From Candidatus Nomurabacteria bacterium (GTDB lineage Bacteria; Patescibacteriota; Minisyncoccia; Phycocordibacterales; UBA10002): DNA of 63,210 nt. The translations under genes and the position numbers were made by a program. Location: positions 1 through 63,210 of the forward strand of contig CALRDB010000003.1 in assembly GCA_943354745.1 (NCBI GenBank), given 5' to 3'. This document shows positions 29,264-37,835 of the stretch, one piece after another. The notes under the pieces were generated by a model. The model ran no database searches. It saw only the letters and a list, made by a program, of their open reading frames with translations, and had not been told where the DNA came from. Numbering within the stretch: position 1 is the first letter of the stretch; each line of letters begins with the position of its first letter.

Positions 29264-29373
29264 GAAGTCGTTGAGTCGTGCCTTTACATGAGGTGCCGAC
29301 TCGTTTAAACCTTACTACCCGTTAAAGGTAGACGGGGCTGTAAACTCTTTAGTGTACGAACACCCTTTACCGA

Positions 29374-30072
29374 CTATGCGATATTCCAAATCAGAGCTCC
29401 TTTGGTTGCATGCTCCTTCACGAACCGCCAGATTTTGGAATCGTACCAAGGGGAAGACGGGTAGGGTGGCGGAAACTCTCCTCGGTCTGTCGGTTTCTCC
29501 GGTGCTTGGTACACCGTCCCCATCATGAGAGCATTTGGCATCATTCCCAAGTTCACAGTGTTTATTCGTGCCTCCGGCCACGCCATTGCCAGACATCGTG
29601 AGGTGGTGCCGGACCCTCCCGCCACCCATACTTCTTCAGGTCGAACGGGAAGATTTCGTGCCATTTCCACCAAGTGTTCCACAAACATCTTACACTCGAA
29701 GCCGATTGGCATATAATACGCACTCCGCATTTCTGCATAATGTTCGGCCAACCCAGCTAAGTTCTTTTGGTGAGCCACCCCTTCCATAAAGTAGCAAGTT
29801 ATGTTGTTCAATGACCGTGCTTTCGCATGGATGCAGGTCATCACTTCCGGTCCCGCAAAGAACAAGGTTACTTTTTTGTTGTGGTAGAGGCCGGCCAGCC
29901 CCAATGCGTAACCGGAATGTCCGTATGCATGTCCCGCGTACACAACTTCTTGTTCTGGTATTTGTGGAAACACTTCCGCTACGCACTTTGCCTTGATGCC
30001 TCCGGGAAAGAGGTCACCTCTCACGACGTTGAAACCGTCGTGCTCCTGCAGTATCAGTCTGTGGAATTCCAT
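29374..30072 (-). CDS. Minimal fold-type II (TrpB/cysteine synthase/ACC deaminase-like) PLP-dependent enzyme
   Basis: VVRGDLFPGGIKAK (candidate PLP Lys), WVAGGSGTT phosphate loop, PPPYPS..YDSKIW and IWNIA terminus. Confidence 0.7.
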   Translation of the reverse strand: MEFHRLILQEHDGFNVVRGDLFPGGIKAKCVAEVFPQIPEQEVVYAGHAYGHSGYALGLAGLYHNKKVTLFFAGPEVMTCIHAKARSLNNITCYFMEGVAHQKNLAGLAEHYAEMRSAYYMPIGFECKMFVEHLVEMARNLPVRPEEVWVAGGSGTTSRCLAMAWPEARINTVNLGMMPNALMMGTVYQAPEKPTDRGEFPPPYPSSPWYDSKIWRFVKEHATKGALIWNIA

Positions 30073-30091
30073 ATAAGTTTCCTTTCTGGTT

Positions 30092-30490
30092 TTATCTGCC
30101 TACAACGGTTAGGCGTTTTTCGCTGCCCGCCGGTTGATGATCGTTGCCGATGGAGATAAGTACCAGTTCAGTCTCCGCTTTGATTGCGTGCGGCGCATAC
30201 GGTGGTACAAGGTAAGTCATCCCCTCGAACATGGAGTACGGCCTTCCGCAGTACACAAGCACTCCCTTTCCTTTGGTCACCATAAGAATGTGCGCCCCCG
30301 GATGCGTATGCATATCAACGCCCAAGCCTGCTGGAAAGCGGATGACATCCGCGCCGAATTTATCGGAAAGTACCAACGGAAGGGCACTGCCATAGCTGTG
30401 CGCCATCTGAATCGGTTGTACCCCCTCGAATGACACAAGTTGTCCATTGATGAAGTCGCACCATTTGGATTGAATCAGTCCTGTTTGCAT
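30092..30490 (-). CDS. Cupin domain protein (ATG at 30490)
   Basis: HTHPGAHILMVTKGKG and PPYAPHAI cupin metal motifs. Confidence 0.85.
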   Translation of the reverse strand: MQTGLIQSKWCDFINGQLVSFEGVQPIQMAHSYGSALPLVLSDKFGADVIRFPAGLGVDMHTHPGAHILMVTKGKGVLVYCGRPYSMFEGMTYLVPPYAPHAIKAETELVLISIGNDHQPAGSEKRLTVVGR

Positions 30491-30607
30491 AGTTTTCAAT
30501 TTTCCTTTCTGCCCAAAACGATACCGTTTAGAGTGCGAGTGGCAAACAGGACTCGCGAGTGGTACTTACCACCTTTACAAATCCACGGCCATATGTATAA
30601 TTATCCT

Positions 30608-30671
30608 GTCATTCCACTGAAAAGTGGAATCCAGAGAAAGTAAGACTGGATTCCCGCCTATGCGGGAATGA
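30608..30671. repeat. GTCATTCC-family palindromic element
   Basis: gtcattccactgaaaagtggaatccag...ctggattcccgcctatgcgggaatga, directly upstream of a TrmB gene. Confidence 0.75.
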
Positions 30672-30680
30672 TAGAAAAAC

Positions 30681-31445
30681 ATGGACCACCAGGAACTACT
30701 CCAATCACTCGGACTATCCAAGAACGAGGCCAAGATATATGAAACCCTGCTTAGGCAGGGCGAGGTGGGCGTTGGTGTTATCTCGGAGAAATCCGGCGTG
30801 CATCGACGGAATGTGTACGATTCGCTGAACCGTCTTATGGAAAAGGGTCTTGTATTCGAGGTTGTTGAGTCGGTTGAGAACAAGTATCAGGCGTGTGAGC
30901 CGAAGAAGCTCACCGAGATAGTGATCGAGAAATTGGAGGCGGTAGACAAAGCATTGCCCGAACTTGAGAAACTCCACTTCAGTACTCCATCCACGTATCG
31001 CGTGCACACCTATCGCGGCAAAGAGGGGTGGAAACAGTACATGCGTGACATCATCAAGACCGGTGAGCCGTTCTACTCTATCGCCGCGCAGGGCGCGTGG
31101 CTGGATGAGCGAGTGAAATCATTTATTCCGGCTTTCCTCCAACAGCTCAAGGCAAAAAAGATACCGATGCACCATTTGTTTGATTATGAGGTGAAAGAAA
31201 ACAATCATCCGATTATCAAAGAGGTGGGTAAGGACTACAAATTTCTTCCGAAAAAGTACGCCACCACTTCAGGTATTGATATTTTCGGCGACCACGTGAA
31301 CATCATGCATCACCAGACCTTGGGCAAGGTCGGTACCGACGACGAAATTACCTTTACAGTTATTGTGAACAAAAATCTTGCCGATTCATTTCGAACTTGG
31401 TTTCAGTACATGTGGGACATGTGTCCGAAAACGAACGCGGACTGA
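30681..31445 (+). CDS. TrmB family transcriptional regulator
   Basis: LGLSKNEAKIYETLL..GVHRRNVYDSL wHTH; TYRGKEG effector domain; IDIFGDHV. Confidence 0.88.
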   Translation: MDHQELLQSLGLSKNEAKIYETLLRQGEVGVGVISEKSGVHRRNVYDSLNRLMEKGLVFEVVESVENKYQACEPKKLTEIVIEKLEAVDKALPELEKLHFSTPSTYRVHTYRGKEGWKQYMRDIIKTGEPFYSIAAQGAWLDERVKSFIPAFLQQLKAKKIPMHHLFDYEVKENNHPIIKEVGKDYKFLPKKYATTSGIDIFGDHVNIMHHQTLGKVGTDDEITFTVIVNKNLADSFRTWFQYMWDMCPKTNAD

Positions 31446-31483
31446 ACGCAGACTTTTGCAGACTTCACGCAGGCAAAGGACGA

Positions 31484-31512
31484 TTGACAGGGGTGTATTC
31501 AGCGTATACACT
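31484..31512 (+). promoter_or_regulatory. TA-module promoter with palindromic operator
   Basis: TTGACA-17 bp-TACACT; GTGTAT-N7-ATACAC (31493-31511) overlaps the -10. Confidence 0.65.
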
Positions 31513-31520
31513 CTGTATAT

Positions 31521-31823
31521 ATGAATAAAACTATCATCAATATCAAAACGGACAGGGATGTGAAGGCGAAGGCGCAAAAGGTGGCCAAGAAGCTTGGCAT
31601 GCCCCTCTCAACCGTGATTAACGGTTACCTCCGCGAATTCGTGCGCACCGAGACGGTGCATTTCTCGCTTCGGGATTCTCTGCCGCTGGGCAAACCGGAA
31701 GGGGTGCTCAAACCCGCTGTGGCTCGCCGTCTCGCACGGATACACAAGGATATTGTGGAGGGAAAAAATCTCGTTGGCCCGTTCAACTCTGCGAAAGAAG
31801 CGATTTCCTATTTGCGAAGCTGA
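31521..31823 (+). CDS. RelB/DinJ-like RHH antitoxin
   Basis: IINIKTDRDVKAKAQKVAKKLGMPLSTVINGYLREF. Confidence 0.8.
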   Translation: MNKTIINIKTDRDVKAKAQKVAKKLGMPLSTVINGYLREFVRTETVHFSLRDSLPLGKPEGVLKPAVARRLARIHKDIVEGKNLVGPFNSAKEAISYLRS

Positions 31824-32083
31824 TGCGCATAGATTTTCACCGCACATTCAAGAAGCAATACAAGAGAGCTCCCGCCAAAATTCGGGAGCAGTTTAACGAA
31901 CGACTCCAATTGTTTGAAGACAACCCCTTCCATCCTCTTTTGGTTAATCACGCGCTTGGAGGTGACCGACTGGGCAAGTGGAGTATCAACATCACCGGAA
32001 ACTGGCGAGCGTTATATGTCTTTCAAGACGCGGAAACAGTTGTCTTTGTTGAGATAGGGACGCATCCTCAACTATATGGATAA
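31823..32083 (+). CDS. RelE/YafQ-family mRNA interferase toxin
   Basis: FHRTFKKQYK, NHALGG, SINITGNWRALY, IGTHPQLYG; TGATG-coupled to the antitoxin. Confidence 0.85.
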   Translation: MRIDFHRTFKKQYKRAPAKIREQFNERLQLFEDNPFHPLLVNHALGGDRLGKWSINITGNWRALYVFQDAETVVFVEIGTHPQLYG

Positions 32084-32176
32084 AAATATTCTGGCATTCC
32101 CCGCCCGTACCGAACGGTACGTTCGGGCGGGTGCAGAATATCAGAATATTAATTTCGCAGTGTAGTATGGATCTTT

Positions 32177-32791
32177 ATGGATAGACAAACTGCGATTAAA
32201 CAACTGGAAGAGCTAGAGCGGCTGGGTGGGGTAAAAAAGATGCGCCTTGCGGCCGAGGGGTGGAGGGAGGAGTGGCAGACGCTTATCTCAATCCTCATGT
32301 CCGCGCGGACGCGCGATGAAGTGACGGTGATTGTTGCGGAAAATCTGTTTGCGGAGTTCCCGACGCTAGTGGAACTTTTAAAGGCGAATCCAAAGGATGT
32401 GTCGAGGATCATCGGGCCGGTGAACTTTTTTCAAAACAAAACGAAATACGTCATCGCGATTTCCCGAAGGCTGCACGAAAAACACGGCGGCAAACCGCCG
32501 CGTACGATAGAAGAGCTCATCTTGCTCCCCGGCGTCGGTCGTAAAACCGCGAATGTCTTTATTTCAGAATATGGCGCTCCCGCTATCGGCGTGGACACGC
32601 ATGTCTCCTACATCTCACAAAAACTCGGGTGGACGAAGAGCAAAACACCCGACAAAATCGAAATTGATTTGAAAAACCTTTTCCCGCAGAACTTTTGGAG
32701 CCGCGTGAACGGCAGTTGCGTCCGTTTCGGCAAAACCTATATGAGCCGCATCAAAAAAGACGAGCTACTCCAAAAGATTTCCAAAATCTAA
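32177..32791 (+). CDS. nth: Endonuclease III-like HhH-GPD glycosylase lacking the 4Fe-4S motif (copy 1)
   Basis: LMSARTRD, LPGVGRKTAN, GVDTHV; no C-terminal Cys cluster. Confidence 0.85.
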   Translation: MDRQTAIKQLEELERLGGVKKMRLAAEGWREEWQTLISILMSARTRDEVTVIVAENLFAEFPTLVELLKANPKDVSRIIGPVNFFQNKTKYVIAISRRLHEKHGGKPPRTIEELILLPGVGRKTANVFISEYGAPAIGVDTHVSYISQKLGWTKSKTPDKIEIDLKNLFPQNFWSRVNGSCVRFGKTYMSRIKKDELLQKISKI

Positions 32792-32843
32792 CACCGACTA
32801 TGCCCTAGCTGCTCTTTATCCGAGTAAAGAGTAGCAGAAAGTT

Positions 32844-33956
32844 CTATTTAGCTGATTTCTGCAGCTTAAAAATAGCAAAATCCTTGACCTTCCTCCCCTT
32901 GAGCTCGTATTCCGGTGTGAAGAGGGTGTCCACGAGATCCAAACCGGCTTCTTTGAACGCCGCCGTATACCATTCTATCGGCCGGTGCGATTCGATGATC
33001 TCATAATTACCCTCCTTCTTTATCTTTTTATAGTTGTGGTTGTCTTCGTACTTATGCTTGGTCTGCATCCTAAAATCAATTTTTGACTCGGGCACATCGA
33101 ATATGAGTGGGTTGCAGAAACCGACATAGACCGTGCCCCCCTCCTTAACTTTGAGGTATATATTCTTTAGAATATTTTTTACTTCCTTTTCCGGGACAAT
33201 ACAGAGCACGAGATTGCAGATTATGATGTTAAAGTAACTATGCGGGATGTCTTCGACTTTTTTGTATACATTTTCGCGGCCGATCCTCTCACCCGCTCTC
33301 ATCCGCATGTCGGGTGAGATGTCGAACAGTCTGCTGTCAGCTCCCTTCGCCTTGAGAGCTGTGGCCAATACCGCAGGCCCGCCCCCGTAATCAAGCACTT
33401 TTTTATTCTTGAGATTGCCGAGCAACGGAATCAGGGTGTTATCGTAGTACGCTAACTTTATCTTCTCGGACTCAAGCTCCTTTAGCACCTTTCCCCACTG
33501 GCGCTGGCCGGAAACCAGTATCCTGTTGGAATCCCACATGATCTTCCAGAATTTATCGTACGATTCTGCAGCGATTTTATTCGATATGAGAATCCCAATC
33601 GGGATTTTGGTCCAAATGATGATACCTATTTTGTCATTGCGGATTATTGTTTCCGTGAGCGGCTCAAATGATTTCTTTATAAACTTGTATTCCGTCTTCG
33701 GATACTTGTTGTCCCCCGTCCAATCTTTCAAAGACTCATTGAAAATGAGCTTCGCGTTGATTCCTAATTTTGCTCTCTCTTTGTGATACTGCGTCCAGAA
33801 ATCGTCGCCTAGCATCAGTGACTCTTTTGCGGAACCAAAAGTATGGTGATCCTTCCCACCGGCATTAAGCAGAACGGCCAGTAATTCTTTTACCTCGCCA
33901 ATCCCTTCATAAGAAACTATATGATGAGCCGTTAATTTGTGTGACGCATTCGGCAT
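32844..33956 (-). CDS. Fusion of a TrmB effector-type domain (no HTH) with a class I SAM methyltransferase (start MPNASH at 33956)
   Basis: N-half resembles the C-terminal halves of the local TrmB proteins (SYEGIGE, FWTQYHKERAKLGI, NDKIGII, SYDKFWKIMW); C-half VLDYGGGPAV, ICNLVLC. Confidence 0.7.
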   Translation of the reverse strand: MPNASHKLTAHHIVSYEGIGEVKELLAVLLNAGGKDHHTFGSAKESLMLGDDFWTQYHKERAKLGINAKLIFNESLKDWTGDNKYPKTEYKFIKKSFEPLTETIIRNDKIGIIIWTKIPIGILISNKIAAESYDKFWKIMWDSNRILVSGQRQWGKVLKELESEKIKLAYYDNTLIPLLGNLKNKKVLDYGGGPAVLATALKAKGADSRLFDISPDMRMRAGERIGRENVYKKVEDIPHSYFNIIICNLVLCIVPEKEVKNILKNIYLKVKEGGTVYVGFCNPLIFDVPESKIDFRMQTKHKYEDNHNYKKIKKEGNYEIIESHRPIEWYTAAFKEAGLDLVDTLFTPEYELKGRKVKDFAIFKLQKSAK

Positions 33957-33957
33957 G

Positions 33958-35259
33958 TTATCTTGAAAGCAACATACTAAGCAAAAGTATGACTGTTGAG
34001 CCAATCAAATACGCATTCATGTCTCGCCATTTACCCCGTACGGCAAACAACACAAGAAAAGCGGCAAATCCGGCAAACATCGCTTTGTCGAGTCCAAAGG
34101 TCCAAATAGTCACCAAAATCATTATCGCTACCGCGACAATGTCAGTCCAAGAGTACTCTTTCAAATCTTTTTTACTTGGAAACAGCATTAGACCGACAAA
34201 GAATAACGCACCTGTGGTAGCGACAACCGGAATGAGGTTTATGAGCGGCACAAGAAACAAGAAGAGTGACATCAAGAGCGCAACTACGACCGCAACCAGT
34301 CCGGTTCTGCCACCTTCTCCAATGCCAACCGCACTTTCCACATACGTAATTAAGTTTGATGTTCCGGTTGCCGCGCCGATAACCGTTCCAGCCCCGTCAA
34401 CAATTAGTCCCTCTTTGAGACGAGGCAAATTTCCCTCACTATCGACAATATTGGTGTTTCTGGTAAGGCCGATAAACTTTGCGATACTTCCGTAGAAATC
34501 AAGAATAAAAAGTACGATAATGACAGACCAGATTTTTGGGTCAAAAATAATACGCCAATCAAACGCAAAAGTTCCGGCTAACATATCTTTGGACAGTGTG
34601 ATGGGCTCGATTGGCTGTGCCACTCCTAAAAAATGAGCAAGGATTGCCGCGCCAATGATACTCAGAATAACGGCACCCTTAATTTTGAAGTGCTTCAATA
34701 TCGCAACCAGAATAAGACCGGCACAAAAGATGATTGCTTCGTGAGAAGTGAGCAACCCTAAGCCTGTAACCTGAATTCCCTCATAGGCGAGTATGCCACT
34801 CACTTTGAGAGCAATAAGCATCAGGAAAACACCAACCGCCGCGGCAAGTCCTGATTTAAGTTTGTCCGGAATTGCTTTAACGATATTTACTCGGAGTGGT
34901 GTATAGCTGAGGAGAACGGTAAAAACTCCGGACCAAAAGACTGCCCCTAACGCACCTTGCCATGTAAAACCTAAAACACCCACAACGACGTAAGCAACAT
35001 ACGCATTCATTTCCAGTCCAGGCGCGACAGCGAACGGCAGTCTTGCCCAGACACCCATCAAAAGAGTTGCGATGACAGAACCTAGAATTGTCGCAAAAAA
35101 AGCAACACTCGTGTTGATTCCTGCGGCCGATAAGATTGCCGGATTAACGACAAAGATATATGAAAGAGAAAGAAACGTTGAAAGACCCGCAAAAATCTCA
35201 ATCCTAAAAGACGAGCCAAGTCTTGTTATTCCAAAGAAATCATCCAGTCTTTTTAGCAT
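33958..35259 (-). CDS. NCS2 family (AzgA/PbuG-like) nucleobase permease
   Basis: EIFAGLSTFLSLSYIFVVNPAIL, APGLEMNAY, TYVESAVGIGEGGRTGL; about 12-13 TM. Confidence 0.9.
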   Translation of the reverse strand: MLKRLDDFFGITRLGSSFRIEIFAGLSTFLSLSYIFVVNPAILSAAGINTSVAFFATILGSVIATLLMGVWARLPFAVAPGLEMNAYVAYVVVGVLGFTWQGALGAVFWSGVFTVLLSYTPLRVNIVKAIPDKLKSGLAAAVGVFLMLIALKVSGILAYEGIQVTGLGLLTSHEAIIFCAGLILVAILKHFKIKGAVILSIIGAAILAHFLGVAQPIEPITLSKDMLAGTFAFDWRIIFDPKIWSVIIVLFILDFYGSIAKFIGLTRNTNIVDSEGNLPRLKEGLIVDGAGTVIGAATGTSNLITYVESAVGIGEGGRTGLVAVVVALLMSLFLFLVPLINLIPVVATTGALFFVGLMLFPSKKDLKEYSWTDIVAVAIMILVTIWTFGLDKAMFAGFAAFLVLFAVRGKWRDMNAYLIGSTVILLLSMLLSR

Positions 35260-35721
35260 AATGCTTTGATTAAATTGTTAATTATAAGTTTACTCCCTAC
35301 TATGCTTGAATCAACGCACAGTAGAAGACTCTATGAATCCGCCAGCCTCAGCTGATGAACTCAATAAAGTGGGGGAGGTGTGACGTTCCCCCGTGAAAGT
35401 TTTCTCGGTTAACTTACAACCGAGTGGATGTACCACTATTTATTTACCGGGAAGATACCAATTTTATTGGTACCGCCTTCTCGTAGTCTCCCCACTATCG
35501 GGGCGGCTTTTTTTACGAGAAGCTGCCAGTCATCTGACCGCGGAGGGTACGACATCATTACTAAACCCGATTCTCCGCCAATCCCTGGCATGAACCATCC
35601 GCTCCCGTCGATTCCATCATGGGGACACTCTACTACGAGTGTCCTAATTCATTACGGAATGCTTCACTTCCTTTCAGAGTCAACCCGTTTCAAAGAGCTT
35701 CCTCTTTACTGACTCCTGTAA

Positions 35722-35750
35722 TTATTGCACAGTTGTGTATGACTGTCAAT
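35722..35750 (-). promoter_or_regulatory. Sigma70-type promoter about 455 nt upstream of the permease start
   Basis: TTGACA-17 bp-AATAAT on the minus strand. Confidence 0.55.
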
Positions 35751-35881
35751 CAATATTTTACAGTAATAAGGCTAATCTGCAATATAATATTGCAAAATAA
35801 GGATAAAAAAGTGTTGACGAAGTATTGACAACAAAGGTATTTTTGCTACTATAGGACCTACGCACTTTTACTTTTTTGGGT

Positions 35882-35951
35882 GTCATTCCCTTGAAAAGGG
35901 GAATCCAGAGTATGTAGTATGGTCCTGGATTCCCGCCTCCGCGGGAATGAC
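35882..35951. repeat. GTCATTCCC-family palindromic element
   Basis: gtcattcccttgaaaaggggaatccag...ctggattcccgcctccgcgggaatgac, upstream of a TrmB gene. Confidence 0.8.
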
Positions 35952-36004
35952 GGAAGGGAAAAAGGTAAAGCATGCTAAACGCATAAGTCCTGTACTATTT
36001 CAAT

Positions 36005-36793
36005 ATGATAAATGAGCTATTAACGAAATTAGGCTTCAGTGATAAGGAGATTCAGGTGTATCTCGCCGTGCTTGAAAACGGTAAAATTGCACCTGCGCGG
36101 GTTGCTGCCGTTACCAACATCAAGCGCTCTACTGTCTATGCGGTGGCGAAAGAACTCCTGAAAAGAGGTGTTATTACCGAGGATGTTGAGGGTTCAGGTG
36201 GATATTTGGTCGCCTTACCTCCCGAAAACCTCAATTCCGCGGTAAAAGCTGAAGAGCAGGCGATTGCGGAGAAGAAGAAGATTATAAAGGAAGCAGTTTC
36301 AGAACTTCTGACGATACCACAGTCAAAATCGTACTCGGTTCCAAAAATGCGGTTCATTGACGAGTATAACGTGAAGGATTTTCTCTATCGGCAAACGCCG
36401 GTGTGGGAAGAAAGTATGTCGCTCACCAAGGAAACAACGTGGTGGGGATTCCAAGATCATACGTTCGTGGAAGACAAGGAATGCGGCGAATGGGTGGACT
36501 GGTATTGGAGCCGAGCGGCGGAAAAATTCGATTTGAAACTCATCTCCAATGATTCTGAGATTGAAGAGAAGATGAAAGCGAAGAATATTGAACGACGAGT
36601 GATTAAGTTCTGGAAGAAAGATTTCAAGTTTACCGCTACGACATGGATTCTTGGCGAGTATGTCGTCCTCATCATGTCCAAACAGCGTCCTCACTATCTC
36701 GTGGAGATTCACGATGCTGTGTACGCGCAAAATATGCGTGAAGTATTCCGCAATCTTTGGAATGTGATTGATATACCTAGCGCAAACTCATGA
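36005..36793 (+). CDS. TrmB family transcriptional regulator
   Basis: LGFSDKEIQVYLAVL..IKRSTVYAV wHTH; TWILGEYVVL. Confidence 0.88.
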   Translation: MINELLTKLGFSDKEIQVYLAVLENGKIAPARVAAVTNIKRSTVYAVAKELLKRGVITEDVEGSGGYLVALPPENLNSAVKAEEQAIAEKKKIIKEAVSELLTIPQSKSYSVPKMRFIDEYNVKDFLYRQTPVWEESMSLTKETTWWGFQDHTFVEDKECGEWVDWYWSRAAEKFDLKLISNDSEIEEKMKAKNIERRVIKFWKKDFKFTATTWILGEYVVLIMSKQRPHYLVEIHDAVYAQNMREVFRNLWNVIDIPSANS

Positions 36794-37401
36794 AAGAGAA
36801 AGCGATACGACAATTAGAGGAGTTGGAACGGCTTGGGAGCGTAAAGAAAATGCGCCTTGCGGCGGAAGGGTGGAGGGAAGAATGGCAGACCCTGATTGCG
36901 ATTCTCATGTCCGCGCGGACGCGCGATGAAGTGACGGTTATCGTGGCTGAAAATCTGTTTTCCGAATTTGGAACGCTCCAAGAAATTGGTAAGGCAAACC
37001 CACGCGATATCGCGCGGGTTATCGAGCCGGTGAACTTTTCTCAGAATAAAACAAAATACGTGATTGCTATCGCGGAAGTTTTGCTTAGGGAATACAAAGG
37101 GAACCCTCCGCACGAACTTGAAAAATTGATTCTACTTCCGGGTGTGGGACGCAAGACCGCAAATGTTTTTTTGGCGGAGTACGGGGCTGACGCCATCGGT
37201 GTTGATACACACGTTTCCTATATTTCGCAGAAGCTCGGATGGACCAAACATACGGACCCCGACAAGATTGAACAGGATTTGCTCGCGCTCTTTCCGCGGA
37301 CACACTGGCGAAAACTTAACTCCACACTGGTTCGCTTTGGGAAGACGTATCAGAGTAGAATAGAGAAAGACGAATTACTTTTGCGTATAAAGAAATGCTA
37401 A
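36790..37401 (+). CDS. nth: Endonuclease III-like HhH-GPD glycosylase lacking the 4Fe-4S motif (copy 2)
   Basis: Same motifs as 32177..32791 with long identical peptide stretches (KKMRLAAEGWREEWQTLI, SARTRDEVTVIVAENLF). Confidence 0.85.
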   Translation: MKEKAIRQLEELERLGSVKKMRLAAEGWREEWQTLIAILMSARTRDEVTVIVAENLFSEFGTLQEIGKANPRDIARVIEPVNFSQNKTKYVIAIAEVLLREYKGNPPHELEKLILLPGVGRKTANVFLAEYGADAIGVDTHVSYISQKLGWTKHTDPDKIEQDLLALFPRTHWRKLNSTLVRFGKTYQSRIEKDELLLRIKKC

Positions 37402-37549
37402 CTGTCGCCCCGGCTCCTCTTTACTTGAGTAAAGAGGAGCCGGAGGCGGGAAGACGAATTACTCGCGGAGATTTCAAAATTAAAATCCTCCGGTTCATCA
37501 GAATGAACCACCTCTAGTCTACGACTACTTCGCTTTCGCAAAGGGGGAA

Positions 37550-37680
37550 TAAAACCACCCCACCTCAATCCTCCCTACGGGAGCTGTACACTTTTCACAT
37601 TCCGAAGACGGAACGCTCAAAGTCTTGCGAAGCTCCACGTATTCGCTTCTCACCCTCTAAAGAGGGGAGGAGGAAGAAGC
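37550..37680. repeat. Composite repeat shared with 51400-51580
   Basis: ccccacctcaatcctccctacgggagctgtacactttt...cgctcaaagtcttgcgaag...ttcgcttctcaccctctaaagaggggaggagga at both loci. Confidence 0.75.
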
Positions 37681-37835
37681 AGAAAAAAGTTGATTTTTTT
37701 GGAAATGAATGGTACTATATGTTTTTGGAGACTCCTGCCGGTCCTCTTATAGAAAATCCCACTGATTTTCTATAAGGGAGAAAGGTTCATGTCGAAACCT
37801 TCTCCTTCCTTGTACTTATCCGTAGTGCGAACACT

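Noticed and set aside
29275-29305. GAGTCGGCAC, superficially like a tracrRNA tail
   Set aside because: No cas genes or CRISPR repeats in the window; simple stem only.
35351-35400. CTGATGA...GAAA, hammerhead ribozyme-like core on the + strand
   Set aside because: The stem II closing pair is not G-C and gives only about 2 bp; no convincing stems I/III.
35465-35480. AAGGCGGTACC (minus strand) resembling a T-box antiterminator
   Set aside because: Deviates from UGGNACC, and no Stem I or specifier could be traced. The region is kept only as an unassigned structured leader.
35600-35630. GGAATCGACGGG resembling the tmRNA 5' region
   Set aside because: No GGGG acceptor start, no T-arm/CCA end and no tag reading frame found.
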